64,000 nucleotides of DNA from an uncultured Pelagibacteraceae bacterium (lineage in GTDB: Bacteria > Pseudomonadota > Alphaproteobacteria > Pelagibacterales > Pelagibacteraceae), in assembly GCA_902610675.1 (NCBI GenBank), contig CACLWP010000005.1:4975-68974 (forward strand), read 5' to 3'. The position numbers were made by a program, and so were the translations under genes. Positions 53,556-64,000 of this stretch are shown piece after piece; within the stretch, counting starts at the first letter, position 1; each line of letters starts with the position of its first letter. The notes beneath the pieces were generated by a model, which worked only from the letters and a program-made list of their open reading frames with translations, was not told the origin of the DNA and ran no database searches.

Positions 53556-54847
53556 TCAGAATTTTAATTATAATTACAAGCTTTATATTTTTAATTAGTA
53601 AGGCTAATGCCGAAACTTTTTCTGCAGCATTAAAAAAGGCTTATAATGATAATAATGAGCTAAATGCTGAAAGAGAAAGTTTAAATATTTCTGAGCAAGA
53701 ATTAAAAATTTCAATAAGTTCATATTTACCCTCTGTAACTTTAAGTGGCAGCAAAAGCTCAGAAGATACCAATAAATTAACTAATCAGAATGGAACAGAT
53801 GCAACAATCTCAGATGTAGACCCAACTGTACAATCATTAACAATTACACAAACATTAATCGATTTTGGAAGAGGTGCGGAATTAAGTAAAAGTAAAATTG
53901 GTATTGAATTAGCTAAAGCAAAGCTTTTAAAAAAAGAGCAAGAAATTCTATATAAATCAATTGAAGCCTATACGGGTTTAATCTCAGCTAACGAAAAACT
54001 TAAGATTAATAGATCGAATGTTGATTTATTAGATCGTCAAGTTGAAACAGATAGAATTAGACTTGAAAGAGGTAATATATCTTTATCAGATGTTGCTCAG
54101 TCAGAGTCCTCTTTAGCTGGAGCACAGGCAAAATTAATCCAAGCCGAAAACGATTTTCTAACCAGTAAACTAAATTATGAAAATGTGATTGGCACTATTA
54201 ATGATGCAGAGTCGCTAGATAAATCATCTATCGTAATAGTTAATTTACCGAATGAACTAAACTCTGCAATAGAGATATCAAAAAAAGGCAATCCAGATTT
54301 AATTATAGCTCAGCTTGAATACGAACAATCCAAAAAAGATACTACCAGCGCAAGATCTGATTTAGCACCAACAGCAACCTTATCTTTTGATAGATCAAAA
54401 ACGGATGATCTAAGCTCTACTATTGACGAAAAAGAACAAGATACTTTAAAGGCAACTGTCACATGGCCATTTTTCTCAGGTGGTAAGAATTATGCAAATT
54501 TAAATAAAAATAAAAGTTTAGAGACACAAAAAAATCTCCTTTTAAATAACACAATTAAAAAGAACCAAACAGATGTTGCAAGCGCCTGGTCAAATTACCA
54601 ATCTAATAAAAGTTTATTAAATTCAGTAAGATCTCAAGTGAATGCTGCTGAAATTGCAAATGAGGGAATTGTAGCTGAGTATAATAGTGGTTCTGATAGA
54701 ACTACTTTAGAGGTTATTCAGTCTAACTCTTTATTATTAAATGCCCAGATTTCATTGGCAGATTCAGAGAGAAATTATATTCTTTCACAGTTTAACCTTT
54801 TAAAATCTATCGGATTGCTCAATAGCGAATATCTTAAATTAAGGTAA
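53552..54847 (+). CDS. TolC family outer membrane protein
   Basis: Signal peptide, two helical repeats, YLPSVTL and WPFFSGG motifs. Confidence 0.88.
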   Translation: MIRILIIITSFIFLISKANAETFSAALKKAYNDNNELNAERESLNISEQELKISISSYLPSVTLSGSKSSEDTNKLTNQNGTDATISDVDPTVQSLTITQTLIDFGRGAELSKSKIGIELAKAKLLKKEQEILYKSIEAYTGLISANEKLKINRSNVDLLDRQVETDRIRLERGNISLSDVAQSESSLAGAQAKLIQAENDFLTSKLNYENVIGTINDAESLDKSSIVIVNLPNELNSAIEISKKGNPDLIIAQLEYEQSKKDTTSARSDLAPTATLSFDRSKTDDLSSTIDEKEQDTLKATVTWPFFSGGKNYANLNKNKSLETQKNLLLNNTIKKNQTDVASAWSNYQSNKSLLNSVRSQVNAAEIANEGIVAEYNSGSDRTTLEVIQSNSLLLNAQISLADSERNYILSQFNLLKSIGLLNSEYLKLR

Positions 54848-54890
54848 TAATCAGCATTTTTGGGCTTAAATAAATAAATCTTGCCAATGA

Positions 54891-54905
54891 GAACAAAATG
54901 TGTAC
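54891..54905 (+). promoter_or_regulatory. LexA (SOS) box upstream of recA
   Basis: GAAC-AAAATGT-GTAC, overlapping a candidate TTGCCA-N16-TACATT promoter at 54881-54908. Confidence 0.85.
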
Positions 54906-54955
54906 ATTTATAAGCATGATTCGAGTGATAAAAATATTAAAAAAAGAGGCAAAAA

Positions 54956-56104
54956 ATGACTAAAAATAACTTAAAAGTAGTTAAATCTACTAAAAATCAA
55001 GAATTGGAAAACAAAGAAAAAAATAAAGCATTAGATGCTGCGATCAGCCAAATAACTGACAACTTCGGAAAAGGTTCAGTTATGAAGCTTGGTGAGAAAA
55101 GAGCTATGGATATCGAGTCGATATCTACAGGTTCTTTAAGTTTAGATTTAGCTTTAGGAATAGGTGGTTTACCAAAAGGAAGAATTGTTGAAGTTTACGG
55201 ACCAGAGTCTTCTGGAAAAACAACATTAGCATTACAAGTTGTTGCTGAAGCCCAAAAGGCTGGTGGCATTTGTGCATTCGTTGATGCTGAACATGCTTTA
55301 GATCCAGTTTATGCAAAAAAATTAGGAGTAAATACTGAAGAGCTCTTAATTTCTCAACCAGACGCTGGTGAGCAAGCTTTAGAAATAGCAGATACATTAG
55401 TAAAATCAGGCTCTATTTCGGTTATCGTAATTGACTCTGTTGCAGCTTTAACTCCAAGAGCTTAAATTGAAGGTGAGATGGGCGATCATCACGTTGGTCT
55501 TCAATCAAGATTAATGAGTCAGGCTTTAAGAAAATTAACTGGTTCAATTTCAAATACCAACACTATGATGATTTTCATTAACCAAATCAGAATGAAAATA
55601 GGAGTTATGTTTGGAAGTCCTGAAACAACATCAGGTGGAAATGCACTTAAATTTTATTCATCTGTAAGAATGGATATTAGAAGAATTGGTGCCATCAAAG
55701 ATAAAGATGAAATTATTGGTAACTCTACTAGAGTGAAAGTAGTTAAGAATAAAGTTGCACCACCATTTAAAGTTGTTGAGTTCGATTTAATGTATGGAAG
55801 AGGAATTAGTAAAATGGGTGAGTTAGTAGACCTAGGTGCTAAAGCCGACATCATTGAGAAATCAGGAGCATGGTATGCTTATAAGGGTGAGAAAATTGGA
55901 CAAGGTAGAGAAAATGCTAAAGTCTATTTAGCTCAAAATCCACAAGTTGCTGCAGAAATTGAAATGGCAATTAGAGAAAAAGCAGGTGTGATTTCTAAAA
56001 AAATTGAAGGAAATCCGTTAAGTCCTGAAAAAATTGAAAAAGAGAAGAAAGTAGCTGAAAAAGAAGAGGCAGATAAAGAAGCTACTCCTCCTAAAAAGAA
56101 CTAG
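54956..56104 (+). pseudogene. recA: RecA interrupted by one in-frame TAA at 55463-55465 (real mutation or sequence error)
   Basis: The two track ORFs are in the same frame: GPESSGKTT...[17 protein letters not shown]...; the conserved Glu codon position reads TAA. Confidence 0.8.
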
Positions 56105-56128
56105 AATTAAAGGTCATCTTTAAATTAT

Positions 56129-56153
56129 AAAGGCGCTTATTATAAGCGCCTTT
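56129..56153 (+). terminator. Hairpin, probable terminator after recA
   Basis: AAAGGCGCTTAT-T-ATAAGCGCCTTT inverted repeat; the U tract is short. Confidence 0.7.
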
Positions 56154-56203
56154 CCCCCTTATCGTTATCTAGACATAGAACAAAAAAGCTGTATTTTAAA
56201 AAT

Positions 56204-58870
56204 ATGGCAGACAAATCGTTAAATCAGATAAGAAGTACATTTCTTAAATACTTCGAGAAAAACGATCATAAAATTGTCGAGTCTAGTAATCTAGTGCCAA
56301 ATAATGATCCAACCTTAATGTTTGCTAATTCAGGTATGGTTCAGTTTAAAAATGTATTTACTGGTTTAGAAAAAAGAGATTATCAAAGGGCAACCACCTC
56401 ACAAAAGTGTGTAAGAGCAGGAGGTAAGCATAACGATTTAGAAAATGTTGGTTACACACCAAGACACCATACTTTTTTTGAAATGTTGGGAAATTTTTCT
56501 TTTGGAGATTATTTTAAAGAAAGAGGTATTGAACTTGCATGGAATTTAATCACTAAAGATTTTGGTTTAGATAAAGACAGAATTTATGTAACTGTTTTTC
56601 ATGAGGATGATGAGGCTTTCAATTTTTGGAAGAAAATAGCGGGTTTTAGTGATGATAGAATAATTAGAATTTCAACATCAGATAACTTTTGGTCAATGGG
56701 GGAGACAGGACCTTGTGGTCCTTGCTCAGAAATATTCTATGATCATGGCGATCATTTAAAAGGCGGTTTACCTGGAACTAAAGATCAAGACGGAGATCGT
56801 TTTATTGAAATTTGGAACCTAGTTTTTATGCAGTATGAGCAAGTCTCAAAAGATAAAAGAATAGATTTACCCAAACCATCTGTTGATACAGGAATGGGAT
56901 TAGAGAGAATTGCAGCTCTTTTACAAGGCACACATGATAATTATCAAACGGATCACTTTAAGAAACTAATAAGCTCAATATCCGAGGCAACTAAAGTCAA
57001 ACAAGAAGATAAAAATATATCCAGTTTTAGAGTGATTGCTGATCACTTAAGAGCAAGCTCATTTCTTTTAGCTGAAGGTGTTCTACCTTCAAATGAGGGT
57101 CGTGGATATGTTCTTAGAAGAATTATGAGAAGAGGAATGAGACATTCTCATTTGTTAGGATCTAAAGAACCAATCTTTTATAAAATTTTTGACACCTTAA
57201 AAAAAGAGATGTTAGGAAATTATCCAGAGCTTGAGCGGTCTCAATCTTTAATTAAAGAAACCTTAAGGATGGAAGAAGAAAAATTTTTAGTTTTACTTGA
57301 TAGAGGTATTAAAATTTTAAATGATGAAATTGCGAAAATAGATAAAGTTTTACCTGGTGATGTAGCATTCAAATTATACGACACCTACGGTTTTCCTCTA
57401 GATCTTACAGAAGACATCTTAAAGAATAAATCATTGAAAGTTGATCATAAGAAATTTAATGAATTGATGAAAAAAAGTAAAGAACTTGCAAAAAAGAATT
57501 GGAAAGGTTCTGGAGATAGTTCTGAGGAAGCAATATGGTTTTCAATTAAAGATAAAGCTGGTCCGACAGAATTTTTAGGATACGAGTCTAATCAGTCTGA
57601 AGGTATCGTATTAAATTTAATTAAAGACAATAAAGAAGTAAAATCTTTATCTGGTGGTGAAGAGGGGATGATCATTACTAATCAAACTCCTTTTTACGGT
57701 GAGTCAGGAGGACAAATTGGAGACAAAGGAACAATCGTCTCTGGTAATTCTATTTTTGAAGTAGAGGACACACAAAAAAAACTTGGAGATTTATTTGTTC
57801 ATTATGGATCTTTGAAGACTGGAGAAATAAAAATTAACGACGTAATTGAAATGAAAATAGATGTTGAAAGAAGAAATAATTTAAAAGCTTACCATTCTGC
57901 TACACACTTACTCCACGAGTCATTAAGAAGAACCTTGGGCAAACATGTTATGCAAAAAGGATCATTAGTTGCTCCAGATAGGTTAAGATTTGACTTTAGT
58001 CATATGAAACCAATTACCAATGACGAGTTGGAGACTATTGATAAGTTGGTTAATGAATATGTCTCAAATAGTTCTGAAGTAACTACAAGAATTATGACAC
58101 CAAAGGCTGCTATCGAGAAAGGAGCACTAGCTTTTTTTGGAGAAAAATATGGAGAAGAAGTTCGTGTGGTATCTATGGGTAAGGAAAAAGAAGCATATTT
58201 CTCAACTGAGTTGTGTGGAGGAACACATGTTAAAAATACTGGTGATATTGGAAAATTTAAAACCGTAAGCCAATCATCTATTGCTGCAGGTGTTAGAAGA
58301 GTTGAAGCGCTAAGAGATAAACAACTTGAGGACTTTATTAGGAATAAAGAAAAGTTATCAACTTTATCTACTCAAAAAGATGAAGAAACTATTAAAGACT
58401 TATCATCTCAAATTATAAAACTTGGAGGCAAACCAAATGTTGATAACGATGATTTAAAAGAAATCATAAAAAATCTTTCAAGACAACTTGAACAACTCAA
58501 TGTTAGTTCAGTTCTTCAGGATAAAACAAAAAACATCATAAAAGATGATAATATAAAAAATATAAAAGTAAGATTTCAAAAAGTACAAGATTTACCTCCA
58601 AAAGATTTAAGAAAATTAGTTGATAATGGTAAAAAAGAATTAGGTGATGGTATTGTAATTGTTTTCGCAAGCAGTGAAGATAAAGTTGGGCTTGCAGTGG
58701 GTATTACTGATAACCTGGTCGATAAATATGATGCAGTAAAATTTGCAAAATTAGGATCAGAAACAATTGGTGGAAAAGGTGGTGGTGGTAGAAAAGATTT
58801 TGCTCAAGCAGGGGGTCAAGATAAGAACAAAATTGATGAAGCTTTTGAAAAAATTAAGTCCTTAATTTAA
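56204..58870 (+). CDS. alaS: Alanine-tRNA ligase
   Basis: [46 protein letters not shown] and GGKGGGGR motifs. Confidence 0.98.
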   Translation: MADKSLNQIRSTFLKYFEKNDHKIVESSNLVPNNDPTLMFANSGMVQFKNVFTGLEKRDYQRATTSQKCVRAGGKHNDLENVGYTPRHHTFFEMLGNFSFGDYFKERGIELAWNLITKDFGLDKDRIYVTVFHEDDEAFNFWKKIAGFSDDRIIRISTSDNFWSMGETGPCGPCSEIFYDHGDHLKGGLPGTKDQDGDRFIEIWNLVFMQYEQVSKDKRIDLPKPSVDTGMGLERIAALLQGTHDNYQTDHFKKLISSISEATKVKQEDKNISSFRVIADHLRASSFLLAEGVLPSNEGRGYVLRRIMRRGMRHSHLLGSKEPIFYKIFDTLKKEMLGNYPELERSQSLIKETLRMEEEKFLVLLDRGIKILNDEIAKIDKVLPGDVAFKLYDTYGFPLDLTEDILKNKSLKVDHKKFNELMKKSKELAKKNWKGSGDSSEEAIWFSIKDKAGPTEFLGYESNQSEGIVLNLIKDNKEVKSLSGGEEGMIITNQTPFYGESGGQIGDKGTIVSGNSIFEVEDTQKKLGDLFVHYGSLKTGEIKINDVIEMKIDVERRNNLKAYHSATHLLHESLRRTLGKHVMQKGSLVAPDRLRFDFSHMKPITNDELETIDKLVNEYVSNSSEVTTRIMTPKAAIEKGALAFFGEKYGEEVRVVSMGKEKEAYFSTELCGGTHVKNTGDIGKFKTVSQSSIAAGVRRVEALRDKQLEDFIRNKEKLSTLSTQKDEETIKDLSSQIIKLGGKPNVDNDDLKEIIKNLSRQLEQLNVSSVLQDKTKNIIKDDNIKNIKVRFQKVQDLPPKDLRKLVDNGKKELGDGIVIVFASSEDKVGLAVGITDNLVDKYDAVKFAKLGSETIGGKGGGGRKDFAQAGGQDKNKIDEAFEKIKSLI

Positions 58871-60076
58871 TTTCTTTTTTAAATTTTTATCAATTTCATC
58901 TAAAAATTGATTTGTTGTTAAATACTTGCTCGACGGTCCAATTAATATAGCTAGATCTTTTGTCATCGAGCCACTTTCAACACATCCAATGCAAACTTGT
59001 TCAATAGTATTCGCAAATTTTATAAGTTCATTATTTCCATCTAATTTACCTCGATGTGCCAGGCCTCTCGTCCAGGCAAAAATTGAGGCGATAGGATTGG
59101 TTGATGTCTCTTTTCCCTGTTGATGCATTCTATAGTGTCTTGTAACAGTCCCATGGGCAGCTTCAGCTTCCATAATTTTTCCGTCAGGTGTTAAAAGAGT
59201 ACTTGTCATTAAACCTAATGATCCATAGCCTTGAGCCATGGTATCAGATTGAACATCTCCATCATAATTTTTACAAGCCCAAATATATTTACCACTCCAT
59301 TTCATTGCACAAGCCACCATGTCATCAATTAATCTATGCTCATAAGTTATTTTTTCTTTCTCAAATTTTTCTTTGAATTCTTTGTTAAAGACTGCCTCAA
59401 AAATATCTTTAAATCTTCCATCATATTTTTTAAGAATAGTATTTTTTGTTGAAAGATAAACTGGCCATTTTTTTATTAATCCATAATTAAAACAAGACCT
59501 TGCAAAATCTTCTATAGACTTGTCTAAGTTATACATAGAAAGTGCAACTCCTGGTCCAGTAAAATTAAATACCTCATACTTAATTTCATCCTTGCCATCT
59601 TCAGATGTCCATTTAACTTCCATCTTACCTTTGCCTGGAACTTTAAAATCAGTTGCTCTGTATTGATCTCCAAAAGCATGTCTACCAATCACCACTGGAT
59701 CTGACCATGAAGGTACTAATTTGGGAATGTTGGAACAAATAATTGGCTCTCTAAAAACAGTCCCACCGATAATATTTCTTATTGTTCCGTTTGGTGATCT
59801 CCACATTTTTTTTAAACTAAACTCATCAACTCTCGCCTCATCAGGTGTAATTGTTGCGCATTTTATACCTACGCCAATTTTCTTAATTGCATTAGCAGAG
59901 TCAATTGTAATCTGGTCATCAGAATCATCCCTGCTTTTCATGCCTAAGTCGTAGTACTCAATGCCGATATCAAGATAAGGAAGGATTAACTTTTTTTTGA
60001 TAAATTCCCAGATTATTCTGGTCATTTCATCACCATCTAACTCTACTATGGGGTTTTTTACAGTAATTTTGCTCAC
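58862..60076 (-). CDS. icd: NADP-dependent isocitrate dehydrogenase
   Basis: [36 protein letters not shown] and [10 protein letters not shown] motifs. Confidence 0.97.
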   Translation of the reverse strand: MSKITVKNPIVELDGDEMTRIIWEFIKKKLILPYLDIGIEYYDLGMKSRDDSDDQITIDSANAIKKIGVGIKCATITPDEARVDEFSLKKMWRSPNGTIRNIIGGTVFREPIICSNIPKLVPSWSDPVVIGRHAFGDQYRATDFKVPGKGKMEVKWTSEDGKDEIKYEVFNFTGPGVALSMYNLDKSIEDFARSCFNYGLIKKWPVYLSTKNTILKKYDGRFKDIFEAVFNKEFKEKFEKEKITYEHRLIDDMVACAMKWSGKYIWACKNYDGDVQSDTMAQGYGSLGLMTSTLLTPDGKIMEAEAAHGTVTRHYRMHQQGKETSTNPIASIFAWTRGLAHRGKLDGNNELIKFANTIEQVCIGCVESGSMTKDLAILIGPSSKYLTTNQFLDEIDKNLKKKLN

Positions 60077-60149
60077 TTTAATTATATCTTAATAATTGAA
60101 TTTCGTAATTTTATATACATATTAATGAAAAATTATCAAATAGAAGAAC

Positions 60150-60797
60150 ATGTTTAGTAAAATATTTCCAAAAATTCACGCTGAGGGATACAAGTTCCTT
60201 GTTATTGCAGGAATTATAACAATCATACTTTATACTTTAAGTGATTTTTTAGGTTTAATTGGTTTAGTTTTAACAATCTGGGTTTATTATTTTTTTAGAG
60301 ATCCTGATAGAGTTATTATCGAAGATGATAATTATTTAGTTAGTCCTGCTGATGGTGAAATTTTAAAAGTCGAAGAGGTGGATGGTCCAAAAGAATTAGG
60401 TTTAGAAAATAAAAAATTTAACAAAATAAGTGTTTTCATGAATGTGTTTGATTGTCATGTTAATCGAACTCCCTGCGCTGGAAAAATTGAGGAAATTTTA
60501 TATAAGCCTGGCAAATTTGTTAATGCCTCTCTTGATAAAGCAAGTGAAGATAATGAGAGAAATTATTTCAAAATTAAGGACACAGATAATAATGATATTG
60601 TTGTAGTTCAAATAGCAGGTCTTGTAGCGAGACGAATAGTTTGTGAGTCTAATAAAGATCAAGAGTTAAAACAAGGTGATAGAATTGGAATGATAAGATT
60701 TGGAAGCAGAGCAGATGTTTATTATGAGAATTATCAACCTTTAGTAAAAGTAGGTCAAAAAGCTATTTCAGGTGAAACACTATTAGCTAAAAAATAA
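60150..60797 (+). CDS. psd: Phosphatidylserine decarboxylase
   Basis: FFRDP, SPADG, HVNR.P, NERN and RFGS self-cleavage motif. Confidence 0.95.
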   Translation: MFSKIFPKIHAEGYKFLVIAGIITIILYTLSDFLGLIGLVLTIWVYYFFRDPDRVIIEDDNYLVSPADGEILKVEEVDGPKELGLENKKFNKISVFMNVFDCHVNRTPCAGKIEEILYKPGKFVNASLDKASEDNERNYFKIKDTDNNDIVVVQIAGLVARRIVCESNKDQELKQGDRIGMIRFGSRADVYYENYQPLVKVGQKAISGETLLAKK

Positions 60798-60798
60798 A

Positions 60799-61602
60799 AT
60801 GGAACAACCAAAAAATAATTTGAAGATCGTAGCAGATAAAAAAAGAGCAAGAATGATCTTGCCAAATATGCTTACATTAATAGGGGTTTGTATTGGTTTA
60901 ACCTCAATACGATTTGCTCTTGATGGTAGGTTTGAACTTGCAATTATAGCAATTCTGTTTGCTGCTTTAATTGACGGCCTTGATGGAAGAATAGCTAGAT
61001 TAATCAAAGGCACTTCTAAAGTTGGAAAAGAATTAGACTCACTTACTGACATGATCAGTTTTGGGGTAGCCCCAGCATTTATAATGTATTTTTGGAAACT
61101 TAATACACTTGGAAGATTTGGTTGGTTGCTTTGTTTGGTTTATGTAATTTGTGTTGCCTTACGTTTAGCGAGATTTAACGTAAACTCAAACCAAGAACCA
61201 TCATGGAGAGATAATTTTTTTGAAGGTGTTCCTTCACCTGCTGGTGGAATATTGGTTTTAATTCCCTTAATTATTAGTTTAAGTGGATTTAATTTTATTC
61301 AATTAAATTATAATTTAATGGTGCCAATATTTTTTATTGCAACCTCATTCTTACTCATTAGTAAATTTCCAAGTTATTCTTTTAAAAAGATAGTGATCCC
61401 AAGGAAAACAACGATATTTCTTTTATTCGGAATTGTTTTATTTTTCGGTCTTTTATTAATTTATACTTTTAACGTAATTGCAATAAGTTCTGCTATTTAT
61501 TTGCTTTTATTACCAGTAAGTTTTTTACATTTTCAAAAAATGAAGAAACAACATGAAAATGACAAAATTCAAGACGAAGATGACCTTGAAGACGTACTTT
61601 AA
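60799..61602 (+). CDS. pssA: CDP-diacylglycerol-serine O-phosphatidyltransferase
   Basis: LPNMLT, DGLDGRIAR...G.ELDSL.D..SFGVAP and LRLARFN motifs; follows psd. Confidence 0.94.
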   Translation: MEQPKNNLKIVADKKRARMILPNMLTLIGVCIGLTSIRFALDGRFELAIIAILFAALIDGLDGRIARLIKGTSKVGKELDSLTDMISFGVAPAFIMYFWKLNTLGRFGWLLCLVYVICVALRLARFNVNSNQEPSWRDNFFEGVPSPAGGILVLIPLIISLSGFNFIQLNYNLMVPIFFIATSFLLISKFPSYSFKKIVIPRKTTIFLLFGIVLFFGLLLIYTFNVIAISSAIYLLLLPVSFLHFQKMKKQHENDKIQDEDDLEDVL

Positions 61603-62513
61603 TGAAAAAAAATGTAATTGTTTCTTTAGCAGATGCTAATTATTTTCCTTTACTAGATGAACTAGTAGACTCCATTAAAAGATTTAAGGAAAGTGAAAAT
61701 TTTGCGATCTGTATTTTAGATGCAGGATTAAATCAAGGTCAGATAGAAAAATTATCAAAAAAAGTAGACGAAATTAAAACTGCAGAGTGGGATATTGAAG
61801 TACCTAATTATAAGGTTAAAGATAAGGAGTGGCTAAAAAGTCAAGTATCAAGAGCATTCCTACCTAAATATTTCCCAAGCTATGAAAAATATTTGTGGAT
61901 TGATTGTGATGCTTGGGTAAATGATTGGAATTGTGTAGAGCTATATTTTAAGGCTTGCAATGATGGCAAGCTTGGCATCACCCAAACAATTGGTCCTGGA
62001 TATAAAGTAACTTCAAAAGTAAATTGGTTATTTGGAAAATTAGCTTTAATAAAGTCTCAAAATTTTAAACATGCTGTAAAATCTAATATTGGTTATGCTG
62101 ATGCAAGGAAATTAGCTTTTGCGCCACATATTAATATTGGAGTTTTTTCGTTAGAAAAAGATTCTAAAGCATGGAGTATTTGGCAAAATAATTTATCGAA
62201 AACTTTAAAAGCAGGTAATATTTTTGGATCTGAGGGTTTAGCTATAAACATGTCTGTTTACATTGATAATCTAGAGACTGAATTTCTTCCTTTAAATTGT
62301 AATTGGATCACAAGTAATTTACTTCCGAAATACGATCAAAAACAAAGTACGTTTGTTGAACCATATTTGCCAAATTATAAAATTGGTATAATGCATCTTG
62401 CAGCAGGTATTTGGAAAGATGATAAAGATATGCGAGTAGATAAAAGTATTAAAATTGAATTAGAAACCTTAGATAAAAATAAAATACAAAAAAGTTTAAG
62501 ATATAATACTTAA
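61602..62513 (+). CDS. GT-A fold glycosyltransferase (GT8-like)
   Basis: AD.NY, ILDAGL, R.FLP..FP, YLWIDCD (DxD), NIGVF and late H motif. Confidence 0.7.
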   Translation: MKKNVIVSLADANYFPLLDELVDSIKRFKESENFAICILDAGLNQGQIEKLSKKVDEIKTAEWDIEVPNYKVKDKEWLKSQVSRAFLPKYFPSYEKYLWIDCDAWVNDWNCVELYFKACNDGKLGITQTIGPGYKVTSKVNWLFGKLALIKSQNFKHAVKSNIGYADARKLAFAPHINIGVFSLEKDSKAWSIWQNNLSKTLKAGNIFGSEGLAINMSVYIDNLETEFLPLNCNWITSNLLPKYDQKQSTFVEPYLPNYKIGIMHLAAGIWKDDKDMRVDKSIKIELETLDKNKIQKSLRYNT

Positions 62514-63125
62514 TTGAAAAAAAATAAAATTTCAAAAAATTGGGTAAATAAACAAAGACGGGACACTTATGTACGTCAATCCAAAATTGAGGGTTATAGG
62601 GCTAGATCGGCTTATAAAATAAAAGAGATAGATGAAAAATTTAAAATATTTAAAGGTGGAATGTCAGTTTTAGACATTGGAGCAGCTCCTGGAAGTTGGT
62701 CACAGTATGTTACAAAAGTCGTTAAAAGTGGAAAAATAATTTCTGTTGACCTAAAAGAAATGGAAAAAATTGAAAATACCATACAAATTCAAGGTGACTT
62801 TACTTCAATCGATACTCAAAATCGGATAAAAGATTATTTTATAAGAAAACCTGATGTAGTCATGTCCGATATGGCTGTAAACACAACTGGGATCAAAAAT
62901 ATTGATTCAATTCAAACTGGCGAATTATGTAAAGAAGCTATGATTTTTTCAAAAGATGTGATTTCAGAAAAGAGTTTTTTCATTTCAAAAATATTTATGG
63001 GTAGCACCTTTAATGAAATTGTCGCACTGGGAAAAAAAATTTTTAAAGAAGTTAAGGTTTTTAAACCTAAATCAAGTAGAAAAGATTCTAAAGAAAGTTT
63101 TATAATTTGCAAAAATCTTAGATAG
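62514..63125 (+). CDS. rlmE: 23S rRNA Um2552 methyltransferase
   Basis: YRARSAYK, DIGAAPGSWSQ, SDMA and KP.SSR.DS.E motifs. Confidence 0.95.
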   Translation: MKKNKISKNWVNKQRRDTYVRQSKIEGYRARSAYKIKEIDEKFKIFKGGMSVLDIGAAPGSWSQYVTKVVKSGKIISVDLKEMEKIENTIQIQGDFTSIDTQNRIKDYFIRKPDVVMSDMAVNTTGIKNIDSIQTGELCKEAMIFSKDVISEKSFFISKIFMGSTFNEIVALGKKIFKEVKVFKPKSSRKDSKESFIICKNLR

Positions 63126-63162
63126 TTTCTTTTAATTTTAAAGGAATCGTATATAAATGATT

Positions 63163-64000
63163 ATGGTTCCTATAAAAGAAGCACTCACCTTTGATGATGT
63201 AACTTTAGCGCCTAAATATTCTGAAATTTTACCATCAGAAGTTGACACTAGCATCAAACTTACAAATTATCTAAAGTTAGATATTCCTCTTTTATCATCA
63301 GCTATGGATACTGTTACTGAAAGCAAGATGGCAATTGCAATAGCAAAGGCTGGTGGAATTGGAATTATTCATAGAAATTTAGATAAAAAAAAACAAATTC
63401 TTGAAATTAAAAAAGTAAAAAAACAAAAACTTTTAGTAGGCGCCGCTGTTGGAGCAGGGCCAAGTGAACTTAAAAGAGCGGAGGCAATTTTAAGAGAAAA
63501 AATTGATATGATTGTAGTCGATACTGCCCATGCACACACAAAAAAGGTTTCAGAAATAATAAAGTTTATAAAAAAAAAGAAAGATAAAAAAACTGCTCTT
63601 TGTGCTGGAAATATTGCTACACCCTCTGCAGCAAAATTTTTATTGAAACTTGGTGTTGATGTCATAAAAGTTGGAATAGGACCTGGATCAATATGTACTA
63701 CAAGATTAGTTGCAGGTATTGGTGTCCCACAACTTAGTGCGATATTAGAAGTAAGAAATGGAATAAAAAATAAAAATGTAAAAATTATTTCTGATGGTGG
63801 AATAAAATATTCAGGCGACCTAGCAAAAGCATTTGCTGCAGGAGCAGATGCAGTTATGATAGGCTCATTATTTGCAGGGACAGATGAGGCACCAGGGAAA
63901 TTAATTAAGAGAAAAGGTAAACTCTTCAAAAATTTTAGAGGTATGGGTTCAGTTGGTGCTATGAACAAAGGATCTGCTGATCGTTATTTTCAATCAAAAC
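63163..64000 (+). CDS. guaB: IMP dehydrogenase without CBS domains (partial, runs off the window end)
   Basis: Not in the ORF track. Manual translation: EALTFDDV, SSAMDTVTE, GGIGIIHRN, VVDTAHAH, GIGPGSICTTR, FRGMGS; start at 63157 or 63163. Confidence 0.95.
   Translation, partial: MVPIKEALTFDDVTLAPKYSEILPSEVDTSIKLTNYLKLDIPLLSSAMDTVTESKMAIAIAKAGGIGIIHRNLDKKKQILEIKKVKKQKLLVGAAVGAGPSELKRAEAILREKIDMIVVDTAHAHTKKVSEIIKFIKKKKDKKTALCAGNIATPSAAKFLLKLGVDVIKVGIGPGSICTTRLVAGIGVPQLSAILEVRNGIKNKNVKIISDGGIKYSGDLAKAFAAGADAVMIGSLFAGTDEAPGKLIKRKGKLFKNFRGMGSVGAMNKGSADRYFQSK

Noticed and set aside
55440-55480. Intein, intron or programmed frameshift at the recA break
   Set aside because: No inserted sequence and no frame change; the two parts are colinear apart from one codon.
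56178-56192. GAAC upstream of alaS as a third LexA box
   Set aside because: The second half-site at N7 spacing is not GAAC or GTAC.

Overview
A very AT-rich (roughly 30% GC by eye), tightly packed alphaproteobacterial chromosome segment. Gene content and order (prpE-proteorhodopsin-ferredoxin-reductase-GST, minimal spacers) point to a SAR11/Pelagibacterales genome; this is an inference. It is mostly core genes: gap/tkt, zapA, tol-pal, tilS-ftsH-folP-glmM-thiD-purA, rpoH, rluD, isoprenoid genes, aroC, glyQS-ppdK, nadAC, a blue-tuned proteorhodopsin, dksA, ppc, umuDC, tolC, recA, alaS, icd, psd-pssA, rlmE, guaB, plus two tRNAs. I saw no mobile element, prophage, CRISPR array or rRNA, and no large novel multi-gene system. 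The best leads are smaller: a MOC1/phage-type Holliday junction resolvase in the ruvC slot with ruvAB missing from the locus; an in-frame stop in recA; two translationally coupled small membrane ORFs behind dksA; umuDC with an alphaproteobacterial LexA box touching its start codon; a structured proteorhodopsin leader and a terminator that overlaps a sigma32-like promoter; tRNA-Arg(UCG); and an IMPDH with no CBS domains. All calls come from motif recognition by eye; no database searches were run.
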